Shown here one piece after another: positions 50,468-59,205 of a stretch of 64,000 nt of DNA. The stretch's first letter is position 1; every line of letters begins with the position of its first letter. The stretch is taken from assembly GCA_964435035.1 (NCBI GenBank), contig CAYSXR010000003.1, positions 19,553 through 83,552 on the forward strand, in the 5' to 3' direction. The notes beneath the pieces are model-generated. The model searched no databases. It had not been told where the DNA came from and saw only the letters and a list, made by a program, of their open reading frames with translations. The position numbers and the translations under genes were made by a program. The stretch is from an uncultured Gammaproteobacteria bacterium. GTDB lineage: Bacteria > Patescibacteriota > Patescibacteriia > Magasanikbacterales > UBA922.

Positions 50468-51109
50468 ATGAAAGTTCTCTACGAAGACAATCATGTGATT
50501 GCAGTATGGAAAGAAGCTCGTATTCCTGTGCAAGGGGATGAATCGGGGGACGTAAGTCTCATGGATATGGTAAAAGAGTATCTCAAAGAAAAATATCAGA
50601 AACCCGGGGCAGTTTTTTTGGGTCTCATCCATCGTCTTGATCGTCCCGTAGCTGGAATTGTGGTTTTTGGAAAAACGAGCAAGGGCGCTTCCCGATTGAG
50701 CGAACAATTTCGAATGCATACCGTGAAAAAAATTTATCATGCGCTTGTTGAAGGGAAATTTGAAAAACAAAAAGGAACTCTCATTAATTATCTTCTGAAA
50801 GATACTGAAAAAAATTTTGTAACCGTATACGATGCACCATATAGGGACGCAAAAGAAGCTGAATTGTCATATAAGGTGATTGGCACGAAAGGTGAACATA
50901 CTATTGTTGAAATAGAATTACAGACTGGACGATCACATCAGATTAGAACCCAGTTCGCGCATATTGGTCATCCATTGGTCGGAGACCATAAGTATGGATC
51001 AAAAGCGACCTATCAGACAGGAGCTCTTGCTCTCGCGGCAGTAAGGTTAGAATTTGATCAGCCGGTAAGCGGGGAGCGAATTGTGATTAGTGAATCTGCA
51101 ACCTTTTAG
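50468..51109 (+). CDS. RluA-family pseudouridine synthase (no S4 domain).
   Basis: Catalytic HRLDRPVAGIVVFGKT motif and HQIRTQFAHIGHPLVGDHKYG. Confidence 0.8.
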   Translation: MKVLYEDNHVIAVWKEARIPVQGDESGDVSLMDMVKEYLKEKYQKPGAVFLGLIHRLDRPVAGIVVFGKTSKGASRLSEQFRMHTVKKIYHALVEGKFEKQKGTLINYLLKDTEKNFVTVYDAPYRDAKEAELSYKVIGTKGEHTIVEIELQTGRSHQIRTQFAHIGHPLVGDHKYGSKATYQTGALALAAVRLEFDQPVSGERIVISESATF

Positions 51110-51112
51110 TCT

Positions 51113-51583
51113 ATGGATATTAAAATCGTAAATTATAAAAATTCAGATTCAGAAGAGGTTTCATCGCTTGTTCGCCGTGTGTCAAAGAAATATTTATTTC
51201 AAAAGGACCAAGCGGATGCTTCTTTTTCTTATATTAATCTTTTTGATCCAAAGAAAAATAGTACATTAGCAGAAGAATATCAGACAAGTCCGATTTTTCT
51301 TATTGCTAAACAAGATGGTAAAATAGTAGGAATGGCGCGGGCAAGAAGAATAGAAAAACTCTCCAATTTATTTATTGAAGGACGATTACAGCGACAGGGT
51401 TTTGGTAGTATATTATTGAAAAGGTTTGAAACGGTTGCAAAAAATCAGGGATGGAAAAAAGTAAAATTAAACTCATCGCCTACATCTATAATATTTTATG
51501 AAAAAAACGGGTATAAAAAGTCAACCAACCTTAAGAAAGGTAGACATGGTTTGATAATTCAACCAATGAGAAAAATTTTATGA
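51113..51583 (+). CDS. GNAT-family N-acetyltransferase.
   Basis: GKIVGMARARR...RQGFGSILLKRFETVAKNQG acetyl-CoA binding region. Confidence 0.55.
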   Translation: MDIKIVNYKNSDSEEVSSLVRRVSKKYLFQKDQADASFSYINLFDPKKNSTLAEEYQTSPIFLIAKQDGKIVGMARARRIEKLSNLFIEGRLQRQGFGSILLKRFETVAKNQGWKKVKLNSSPTSIIFYEKNGYKKSTNLKKGRHGLIIQPMRKIL

Positions 51584-52737
51584 ACCTCTACGAATTTGAA
51601 GGGAAAGAATTATTTGCAGCTCATGGCATTGCTATACCAAAAGGTGTGGTAGTTCGTCGTGGAGAAAATGTCGCAGATGCGTATACTACACTCGGGGTTT
51701 CTGATGTTGTAGTAAAAGCTCAGGTATTATCAGGGAAACGAGGTAAAAATAATGCGATACGATTTTGTTCTTCGGTCGAAGAGGTGGTGCAAGCATGTGA
51801 AGAGATATTTCAGATGCAGGTTCGAGGGCAGTATGTCGCTGCTATTCGAATTGAAGAAAAATTAGCAATTGCAGAAGAACATTATCTGTCGATCAGCTAT
51901 GATAGTCAGATTCGTCAGCCTGTTTTGGTTTATTCTACAAAAGGTGGGGTGGATATAGAAGATGTGCAAGAAAAAGATATACGAAAAGAGCATCTTGATA
52001 TACGAAATGAAAAATTAGATTTTGCTGATATTCCTTTTGCACAGGAATTATGGAATTGTTTTCTAGGGGAAGATGCGCGCCAGGTGGAAATTAATCCATT
52101 GGTCAAAACAACCACTAACAAATGGATTGCAGCTGACGCAAAAGTTGCACTTGATGATGACGCATTTTATCGTCATGAATCATGGAAAAATTATGAAGCG
52201 CGAACTATGATGGGAAGACTTCCGACTGAACGCGAAAAAGAAGTCACTGCAATTGATGCAGGTGAGGATTATTATCGAGGCACTGCTGGAAAATATATTG
52301 AAATGGATGGAGATATTGCAATTTTATTTTCTGGCGGGGGAGCGAGTATTGCTAATATGGATGCACTTATTAAGACTGGACTCAAACCTGCAAATTATAC
52401 TGAGTATTCGGGAAATCCTCCGCGGGAAAAAGTGCGGGATTTGGCAAAAATTGTATTATCAAAATCAGTGCTTAGAGGATTGTGGATTGCTGGCGGGGTG
52501 GCAAATTTTACTAATGTACAAGAAACGTTTAATGGAATTGTTGATGCACTTGATGAAATCAAACCTACGTATCCGATTGTCGTACGTCGAGCCGGTCCCT
52601 ATGAAGCAGAAGGAATGGAATTGATGCGAGCATGTGCGGAGCGGAATAATTTGAATATAAAATTATGTGGGAAAGAAGTGAGCATGAGCAAGACTGCGTA
52701 TACACTTGCAAAGATGGTTGGTGAGGGTTCGTACTAG
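51580..52737 (+). CDS. ATP-grasp beta subunit of a succinyl-CoA synthetase / ATP-citrate-lyase-family enzyme.
   Basis: MNLYEFEGKELFAAHGIAIPKG N-terminus, ATP-grasp fold, C-terminal GGGASIANMD ... IAGGVANFTNV. Confidence 0.75.
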   Translation: MNLYEFEGKELFAAHGIAIPKGVVVRRGENVADAYTTLGVSDVVVKAQVLSGKRGKNNAIRFCSSVEEVVQACEEIFQMQVRGQYVAAIRIEEKLAIAEEHYLSISYDSQIRQPVLVYSTKGGVDIEDVQEKDIRKEHLDIRNEKLDFADIPFAQELWNCFLGEDARQVEINPLVKTTTNKWIAADAKVALDDDAFYRHESWKNYEARTMMGRLPTEREKEVTAIDAGEDYYRGTAGKYIEMDGDIAILFSGGGASIANMDALIKTGLKPANYTEYSGNPPREKVRDLAKIVLSKSVLRGLWIAGGVANFTNVQETFNGIVDALDEIKPTYPIVVRRAGPYEAEGMELMRACAERNNLNIKLCGKEVSMSKTAYTLAKMVGEGSY

Positions 52738-52806
52738 CGCAAAATGCATGTTTGGGCTATAGTATAGATGTTTTATTTATCTTTTTTTATTCTTATCTTC
52801 ATACGT

Positions 52807-53403
52807 ATGAAGTCATGGCTTATTGGTGGAGGAATCCTCGTAGTTATCGTAATGTGGCTCACGGGCACGTATAATTCATTTGTACGTCTAGATGAGGATG
52901 TTTCAACTGCGTGGGGACAGGTAGAGAATCAGTATCAGCGTAGAATGGACCTTATTCCCAATATCGTTTCTACTGTTGAGGGGGCGGCAAATTATGAAAA
53001 GTCGACTTTACGTGATGTGATTGAAGCACGCGCAAAGGCAACGCAGGTAACTCTCTCACCAGAATTATTGAGTAATCCTGAAGCATTTCAGCAATTTCAA
53101 CAAAGTCAGGGAGAGCTCAGTGGAGCTTTGTCACGGTTGCTCGTCTCTTTTGAGGCATATCCGGATCTCAAAGTAAATCAAAATTTTTTGGCTCTTCAAA
53201 CTGAACTTGAAGGAACTGAAAATAGAATCTCAACCGAGCGCATGCGCTATAATGAGGTGGTACGTCTCTATAACATAAGAGCTAAGGGTATTCCAGGTGT
53301 ATTCTTTGTTTCATTATTTGGGTTCGATAGAGAAAGACAATTGTTTTCGGCTACTGAAGGTGCAAACACTCCTCCCAAAGTTGACTTTAATAGTGGATCA
53401 TAA
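52807..53403 (+). CDS. lemA: LemA-family membrane protein.
   Basis: Single TM then NSFVRLDEDVSTAWGQVENQYQRRMDLIPNIV, the LemA signature. Conserved LemA-TPM gene pair. Confidence 0.8.
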   Translation: MKSWLIGGGILVVIVMWLTGTYNSFVRLDEDVSTAWGQVENQYQRRMDLIPNIVSTVEGAANYEKSTLRDVIEARAKATQVTLSPELLSNPEAFQQFQQSQGELSGALSRLLVSFEAYPDLKVNQNFLALQTELEGTENRISTERMRYNEVVRLYNIRAKGIPGVFFVSLFGFDRERQLFSATEGANTPPKVDFNSGS

Positions 53404-53412
53404 TTTTTCACT

Positions 53413-54366
53413 ATGCGACGAATTTTTTATGCATGTGCATTGAGTATTGTTTTTTCGTTTGCATGGTTTTTTTCTGTTAGCGCTGCTCCTATCGAGTATC
53501 CGCAACCCACAGGCTTTGTCACTGATTATGCGGGTGTAATTGATGAAGTCACTGAGGCGCGTATTACTGAGCGTCTTAGTGAATTGGAAGCTACTTCGAC
53601 GAGTGAGATTGCGGTTGCAGTGGTATCAACATTGGAAGGTCTCTCAATTGAAGAATATGCGATTGGATTATTTGAATATTGGGGTATTGGAAAAGCAAAA
53701 CAGGATAATGGTGCATTACTATTGGTCGCTCCGAATGAACGAGAAGTGCGTATTGAGGTAGGGTATGGACTTGAGGGTGCGCTGACTGATATTGAATCCG
53801 CATCGATTATCGATGATATATTGATTCCTGCATTTAAAGAAAATAAATATAGCGAAGGTATCGAACAAGCGACTAACGCTATTATCCAGGCAGTAGAGGG
53901 TGAATATGGTGCATCGCTTGGTGTGTCTACAGGCGATAGTGGTGTTGTTGGCAGTATGATGGCAGTGATAATTTTGGGCATTTTTGGGTTTGTTGGATGG
54001 ACGGTATTTTCTCGACTGTTTATGGAGATGTCCCGTTCAAAATCAGTGGTGGGTGGATCAATTATCGGTGGATTAGTTGGTTCGTTTGTGGGTGCGCTTA
54101 CCAGTTCCTGGATTCTCATTGGTATTGTTGGTGCGATTATTGGCGGTATTGTCGATTGGGTGATTTCACGTTCGGCCTCTTTTTCTCGTTTTAGAAATAA
54201 AGTTGAGGATATTATCCGAAAAGAAAAAAATAATAAGCGCCCTAAAGGCGGATTTGGAGGAGGCTTTGGTGGATTTGGTGGCGGGGGTAGCTCGTCATCT
54301 GGGGGTGGATTTGGTGGTTTTGGTGGAGGATCATCAGGTGGAGGTGGAGCTTCGGGTAGATGGTAA
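53413..54366 (+). CDS. TPM-domain (YgcG-like) protein with TM segments and a C-terminal Gly/Phe/Ser-rich tail.
   Basis: TPM core ITDYAGVIDEVTEARITERL ... VRIEVGYGLEGALTD. Tail GGFGGGFGGFGGGGSSSSGGGFGGFGGG. Confidence 0.75.
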   Translation: MRRIFYACALSIVFSFAWFFSVSAAPIEYPQPTGFVTDYAGVIDEVTEARITERLSELEATSTSEIAVAVVSTLEGLSIEEYAIGLFEYWGIGKAKQDNGALLLVAPNEREVRIEVGYGLEGALTDIESASIIDDILIPAFKENKYSEGIEQATNAIIQAVEGEYGASLGVSTGDSGVVGSMMAVIILGIFGFVGWTVFSRLFMEMSRSKSVVGGSIIGGLVGSFVGALTSSWILIGIVGAIIGGIVDWVISRSASFSRFRNKVEDIIRKEKNNKRPKGGFGGGFGGFGGGGSSSSGGGFGGFGGGSSGGGGASGRW

Positions 54367-54458
54367 CATTGATTCAGACAGATTAAAACGGATTTAGACT
54401 GAAAAAATTAAATCCATTATAATCTGCGTAATCAATATAAATCTGTTTAAATCAATGT
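54365..54458. repeat. MITE-like element copy 3 (94 bp) with AACATTGATT / AATCAATGT termini. Left terminal repeat overlaps the TPM gene stop codon.
   Basis: Same family as 1866-1957 and 25715-25805. Confidence 0.6.
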
Positions 54459-54461
54459 GAT

Positions 54462-55358
54462 ATGGGGATACTACTTACACCTACCACAAAAGTATTGGTT
54501 CAAGGGATTACGGGGAAAGAAGGTCAAAAAGCGTCAGCTGCAATGCGAGAGTATGGGACTAATGTAGTTGGTGGTGTTCGTCCTGGTAAAGGTGGTGAAT
54601 TGGTAGATGGTGTTCCTGTATTTAATAATGTTGTTGAAGCTCTTGCGGTCCACTCTGATATTTCTGTCACTACCGTGTTTGTTCCTCCATTTGCAGCACG
54701 TGCTGCGATACTCGAAGCGATTGATGCGGGGATTCCACAGATTAATGCAATTGTGGAGCGTATTCCTATCAAGGATACGGCCTATTGCCTTGCTGCAGCA
54801 AAAGAAAAAAATATTAGAATTATTGGACCGAGTTCCCTCGGGTACATCACTCCTGGTGTTGGACGTATTGGAGTAGTTGGGGGACCAAAATTACAGGCAG
54901 ATCAGATTTTTACTCCAGGCCCAGTGGGAATTATTTCTCGTTCAGGTGGTATGACTAATGAGCTTTCGTGGCAGGTACGGAAAGCAGGATTGGGACAAAG
55001 TAGTGCTGTACATGTTGGCGGTGATTTACTCATGGGCACTACCTATGCAGATTTACTTACATTATTTGAGAATGATGCTCAGACCAAAGCAGTGATTATT
55101 TTTGGTGAGCATGGTGGATCATATGAATTTGAAATCGTTGATTTGATTAATAGTAAAGGTTATACCAAACCACTTGCAATCTATATTGGAGGAAAATTTG
55201 CAAGTATTCTTCCTGAAGGAATGAATGTGGGGCATGCTGGGGCAATTGTTGAACGAGGAAAGGGTGCAGTAGAAAAAGAAGCGGTGCTTAAAGAGGTTGG
55301 GGTGATGATTGCTGATACCTATGAAGAGTTGGTTACTCTAGTTAAAGATTTGGTTTAA
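54462..55358 (+). CDS. CoA-binding alpha subunit of a succinyl-CoA synthetase / ATP-citrate-lyase-family enzyme.
   Basis: KVLVQGITGKEGQKASAAMREYGTNVVGGVRPGKGG CoA-binding N-terminus. ISRSGGMTNELSW phosphohistidine-loop region. Confidence 0.8.
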   Translation: MGILLTPTTKVLVQGITGKEGQKASAAMREYGTNVVGGVRPGKGGELVDGVPVFNNVVEALAVHSDISVTTVFVPPFAARAAILEAIDAGIPQINAIVERIPIKDTAYCLAAAKEKNIRIIGPSSLGYITPGVGRIGVVGGPKLQADQIFTPGPVGIISRSGGMTNELSWQVRKAGLGQSSAVHVGGDLLMGTTYADLLTLFENDAQTKAVIIFGEHGGSYEFEIVDLINSKGYTKPLAIYIGGKFASILPEGMNVGHAGAIVERGKGAVEKEAVLKEVGVMIADTYEELVTLVKDLV

Positions 55359-55367
55359 TTTATTTCT

Positions 55368-56093
55368 ATGAAATTCAAAACGTCGATTACTCAGATCAAA
55401 GATGATAAAGAAATTATTCGAGGTAAGTCCCTTGAGTCTTTGATAAAAAAACAATCATTTGTTGCAACAATTTTTCTTTTATTATTTGGACGATTGCCGA
55501 AGAAGAATGAAGAGGTGATGTTTAATGCTCTTTTGGTGAGTGTGATTGATCATGGTCCTGGAACTTCTTCGGCTTTGAATGCTCGTGTTTCTGCTTCAGC
55601 TGGAAATTCGGTGCACGCTTCACTTGCTGCAGGAATTCTTGGGTTTGGTGAGCGGCATGGTATGGCAGTTGAAGGTGCGATGAAGTTTTTTTATGAAAAT
55701 GCAGAGGAAAAAGATTTAAGATTGAAGATTAGAGATTTGAAAGAGAGAAAGGTGAGATTACCTGGGTTTGGACATAAGGTTTTTACCAAAGTGGATCCAC
55801 GTTCAGTTACTTTATTTACTATTGCTAAAAGTCAAAATATTTTTGAAAAATATTGTACCTTTGCGGGTGCTGTGCACAAAGAACTTAATGTAGTTTCTTC
55901 AAAACCTCTTCCGCTTAATATTGATGGAGCGATTGCAGCAATTTTATGTGATATGAAGATTCCGGTAGAGTTTGGGAATACCATTTTTTTGATTGGAAGA
56001 ATACCAGGACTTCTTGCACATATTTACGAAGAACGAGTGAATGATGTGGGAATACGGAGACTGGATGAGAGTGAGATTGAGTATGTTGGTTAA
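55368..56093 (+). CDS. Truncated citrate-synthase-family protein (241 aa), citryl-CoA lyase (Ccl) / ATP-citrate lyase C-terminal-like.
   Basis: Collinear with the citrate synthase catalytic region: VIDHGPGTSSALNARVSASAGNSVHASLAAGILGFGERHGMAVEGA (compare HADHEQNASTSTVRxAGSSGANPFAxIAAGIxxLWGPxHGGANEA) and LPGFGHKVFTKVDPR (compare MGFGHRVYKNYDPR). Confidence 0.6.
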   Translation: MKFKTSITQIKDDKEIIRGKSLESLIKKQSFVATIFLLLFGRLPKKNEEVMFNALLVSVIDHGPGTSSALNARVSASAGNSVHASLAAGILGFGERHGMAVEGAMKFFYENAEEKDLRLKIRDLKERKVRLPGFGHKVFTKVDPRSVTLFTIAKSQNIFEKYCTFAGAVHKELNVVSSKPLPLNIDGAIAAILCDMKIPVEFGNTIFLIGRIPGLLAHIYEERVNDVGIRRLDESEIEYVG

Positions 56094-56116
56094 TTAAGAA
56101 ACAAGATACAACTTTT

Positions 56117-57403
56117 GTGATTCAAAAAATTCTTGATCTCCATATACACTCAAAATATTCACGAGCATGCTCCAAGGATTTGGAATTGCCCAAAATCGCG
56201 AAAGCATGTGAAGTTCGGGGGATTGATATTGTAGTTACGAGTGATTTTACTCATCCGAAGTGGTTTGAACACATGAAGGCTGAACTTACTCTTGATACTG
56301 AAGGAGTGTATAAGCTTACAAATCATGAGAGTAAGACGAGATTTATTATTGGAACAGAAATTGCTTCGATAAAAAAACATAGTGGAGAGACACGTCGTGT
56401 TCATTTACTTATTTTTTCACCCAGTCTTGAAGTGACTGAGAAATTTAACAAGACTCTCGAAGATCGAGGTTTTAATATTCACTCAGATGGGCGGCCTATT
56501 ATCGGGCTTACGTCTAAGCAGATTCTCCAGTTGATGCTTGAAATTGATCCGCGCATGAAGATGATCCCCGCACATGCTTGGACGCCTTGGTTTGGTATTT
56601 TTGGTTCTAAGGGTGGTTATACGTCACTTGATGAAGCATTTGAAGATTTGACTTCTCATATTCATGCAATTGAAACAGGGCTTTCGAGTGATCCTCTTAT
56701 GAATTGGCGATGGAGTCATCTTGATAATATTACTCTAGTCTCAAATTCTGATGCGCATAGTCTTCAGAAATTAGGACGCGAAGCGAATGTATTGCAGTTT
56801 AATACAGAGAGTGAGATTACGTATAATGAAATTATGCGAGTGATTGAAGAGGGAGATAAGAAAAAATTTCTGCGTACTATCGAATTTTATCCTGAAGAAG
56901 GAAAATATCATTATGATGGGCATCGGGATTGTTCATTTTATTGTGCGCCCGAAGAAACAAAGAAACGAAAGAGTATTTGTCCGGTATGTGGAAAAAATCT
57001 AACCATTGGTGTGGAATATCGTGTACATGAGCTTGCAGATCGTACTTGTGAAGAAGCTCGGATTCATTCGTTAGAAAAGAAACGCATCCCTTTTACTTCG
57101 TTGGTTCCTCTTCCTGAAATTATTGCTGATGTATATGAGATGGGAGTGTCGTCAAAAAAAGTAATGAGTGAATATAACGCATTGATTGCGCGCCTCGGAA
57201 GTGAATTTCATATTTTGATTGATGCAACGTTCGATGAAATACGGCAAACATCAAACGAAACTATTGCGCGAGCAATCGAACGCGTTCGATCTGGAAATAT
57301 TTACATCCGTCCTGGGTATGATGGGGAATTTGGAGTAGTGAAGGTTTTTAAGGATAATGAATCGAGGGGCTTGTCCACTCAAACACGGTTGGGTTTAGGG
57401 TAG
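56117..57403 (+). CDS. PHP-domain metal-dependent phosphoesterase with a C-terminal zinc-ribbon, endonuclease Q-like (TIGR00375-type).
   Basis: N-terminal LDLHIHSKYSRACS PHP motif with further His/Asp sites. C4-type CAPEE...CPVCGKN zinc finger. Confidence 0.45.
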   Translation: MIQKILDLHIHSKYSRACSKDLELPKIAKACEVRGIDIVVTSDFTHPKWFEHMKAELTLDTEGVYKLTNHESKTRFIIGTEIASIKKHSGETRRVHLLIFSPSLEVTEKFNKTLEDRGFNIHSDGRPIIGLTSKQILQLMLEIDPRMKMIPAHAWTPWFGIFGSKGGYTSLDEAFEDLTSHIHAIETGLSSDPLMNWRWSHLDNITLVSNSDAHSLQKLGREANVLQFNTESEITYNEIMRVIEEGDKKKFLRTIEFYPEEGKYHYDGHRDCSFYCAPEETKKRKSICPVCGKNLTIGVEYRVHELADRTCEEARIHSLEKKRIPFTSLVPLPEIIADVYEMGVSSKKVMSEYNALIARLGSEFHILIDATFDEIRQTSNETIARAIERVRSGNIYIRPGYDGEFGVVKVFKDNESRGLSTQTRLGLG

Positions 57404-57466
57404 AATAAAGGTATAAGTAAAACAAAAAACTCCCTTACGGGAGATTTTTGTACTTAGAGAAAAATA

Positions 57467-57589
57467 TTACTTTTTTCTCTTTGTAGTTTTGCGTTTAGCT
57501 GCTTTGCGTTTAGCTGGAGCGCGTTTCTTTGCTGCTTTGCGTTTAGCTGGAGCGCGTTTCTTTGCTGCTTTTTTTCTTTTTGCTGGCAT
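57467..57589 (-). CDS. Micro-ORF (40 aa) encoding an extremely basic K/R/A repeat peptide, MPAKRKKAAKKRAPAKRKAAKKRAPAKRKAAKRKTTKRKK (histone-H1-tail-like). Not in the ORF track (under 60 aa).
   Basis: Strong Shine-Dalgarno GGAGGTG 10 nt upstream of the ATG at 57589. Coding sequence contains two 33-bp tandem repeats. Hairpin terminator CTCCCTTACGGGAG downstream. Confidence 0.4.
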   Translation of the reverse strand: MPAKRKKAAKKRAPAKRKAAKKRAPAKRKAAKRKTTKRKK

Positions 57590-57960
57590 ACTTATTGTAC
57601 ACCTCCTCTCAGATTAAGATATTCGTATTTGTTAATGATGATGTGACCATGGTGCACACCAGAGTGTCACACAAATACAATGATGCAAATTTTTTACATG
57701 ACAAGCATTGACGTAAAAATAAATTTGCAGATTTACACGACCTTTGTTATTAGTATAGATTGTTTTCGTGTTTTATTGAATAGTAAATACACTTTTTTTG
57801 TTTTTACCTGTGAATAACTTTTTTTGATAAAAATAAATAATTAAAATTAATTTTTGATTAAAAAAGATTTTTTTTATCAAATTAATTTTTTATTATTACA
57901 TAATAAATTTTTTAAAACAAAAAAGAAGCTTGTTGCTTCTTTTTTTTAGTTTACATAATT

Positions 57961-58686
57961 TTATACAGTTTCTTTTACAAGTATTAGTTTCTGACGAAGT
58001 TTTGCAAATTTTTTAATTGAGTTGTCTATCCATGCTTGCCCGAAGAAATTTATATACGAAGGATCATTTCTGTGTGCACATATCCAGTTGTAAATTCCTT
58101 CAACTCCTTCTGCTAAGTATATATTAGCAACACTTGTTTTCATTTTTAGTGCTGATTCGCGTGTGTTGTACAACATAAGGCATTGTAGTCCCCAAAAATA
58201 TTTTTTTGAAGTCTTTGAAAGCTCGCACACGATAGCAAGGCGTTCTGCATTCATTATGTCTAATTGGTCGGCATCTCTTAATACATGCATCATTAATCGT
58301 TCTTTTTTTGATAGGAGAAGTTTGGTAAACACGGCTCCAGTTGCAAATGTTTTGCAAAGTATTAGTTTTGTGGCAATTCCACCACTTTGCCTCCAGAAAC
58401 CATATCGGATGCTATGGAGACAGAGCATGAGGGAGGATACTGCATCATCAATGCACGCCATCCATACAAACGATGGTTGTTTGGTAAGTATTCGAGCTAC
58501 GTCATGCCACCAGGCCGCAAGTTCGATTGCTTCTGTTTCTTTTTTTGAGAGATTCAGCGAAGGCGCGATTTTTTTTACATTTGAGACTACACGTTCTACG
58601 TGAGATAGGTCATGAATAGGGTCTTTCGACAATTTCATGAGTTCTTTTGCTTTTTGCACTATGAATTTGTGTTTGGAGTCAATCAT
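57961..58686 (-). CDS. HD-domain phosphohydrolase.
   Basis: H...HD...R motif (IHDLSHVERV ... AAWWHDVARI). 241 aa. Confidence 0.6.
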   Translation of the reverse strand: MIDSKHKFIVQKAKELMKLSKDPIHDLSHVERVVSNVKKIAPSLNLSKKETEAIELAAWWHDVARILTKQPSFVWMACIDDAVSSLMLCLHSIRYGFWRQSGGIATKLILCKTFATGAVFTKLLLSKKERLMMHVLRDADQLDIMNAERLAIVCELSKTSKKYFWGLQCLMLYNTRESALKMKTSVANIYLAEGVEGIYNWICAHRNDPSYINFFGQAWIDNSIKKFAKLRQKLILVKETV

Positions 58687-58771
58687 ATGGAGATAAGTAT
58701 ATCTAAAAATCTTGTTTTGCTCAAGTCCTTGATTTTAACCTTTTTTTTTGTTAGTATGGATTCATTTACAT

Positions 58772-58850
58772 GGGCCTATAGCTCAGGCAGGTTAGTCCAG
58801 ACACAGTCGGGATATAACGTTGGGCTGTAGTGGTGTCGAGTTCGTTTATT
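58772..58850 (+). pseudogene. tRNA-derived fragment. A perfect copy of the first 16 nt of the adjacent tRNA, followed by a divergent hairpin-containing segment. Not a foldable tRNA.
   Basis: GGGCCTATAGCTCAGG is identical to the tRNA 5' end. Then GGTTAGTCCAGACACAGTCGGGATATAACGTTGGG, shared with the fragment at 59197-59253. No matching 3' acceptor strand. Confidence 0.4.
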
Positions 58851-58857
58851 TTGAAAT

Positions 58858-58931
58858 GGGCCTATAGCTCAGGTGGTTAGAGCACAACGCTTATAACGTT
58901 GGGGTCGATGGTTCGAGTCCATCTAGGCCTA
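58858..58931 (+). tRNA. tRNA with anticodon TAT (UAU; reads AUA, isoleucine-type). No CCA encoded.
   Basis: Acceptor GGGCCTA/TAGGCCT (G1.U72). D-arm GCTC-AGGTGGTTA-GAGC. Anticodon stem CAACG/CGTTG with loop CTTATAA. T-arm GATGG-TTCGAGT-CCATC. Confidence 0.75.
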
Positions 58932-58935
58932 CGAT

Positions 58936-59205
58936 ATGCATTATCTTTACTTTTTGTGGAGTGACAAACTTCAAAGAGTGTATATTGGTGAAACAGCTGA
59001 TGTGTTAAGACGTCTTGAATATCATAATCAGGGAAGGCAGAGATTTACTAAAAAGGGAGTTCCTTGGAGTCTCATTGCCTTTGTTCCATTTAATTCAAGA
59101 CAAGATGCGTTCAAAGAAGAAAGTAGACTTAAGAAGTGTAAGAATAGAAGGTATATAAAGAAATATATTCTTGAGAAGGGGCACAAATGTATACCCGGTG
59201 GTTAG
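58936..59205 (+). CDS. Small GIY-YIG nuclease-family protein (UPF0213/YhbQ-like, 89 aa).
   Basis: LYFLWSDKLQRVYIGETADVLRRLEYHNQG GIY-YIG core with conserved R and H/N. Starts 5 nt after the tRNA. Its last codons plus stop (GGTGGTTAG) coincide with a tRNA D-loop-like sequence. Confidence 0.7.
   Translation: MHYLYFLWSDKLQRVYIGETADVLRRLEYHNQGRQRFTKKGVPWSLIAFVPFNSRQDAFKEESRLKKCKNRRYIKKYILEKGHKCIPGG

Noticed and set aside
57480-57600. Possible CRISPR array suggested by the 33-bp tandem repeats.
   Set aside because: Only two repeat units with no spacers of distinct sequence. The repeats are in-frame coding sequence of the basic micro-ORF. No cas genes anywhere in the window.
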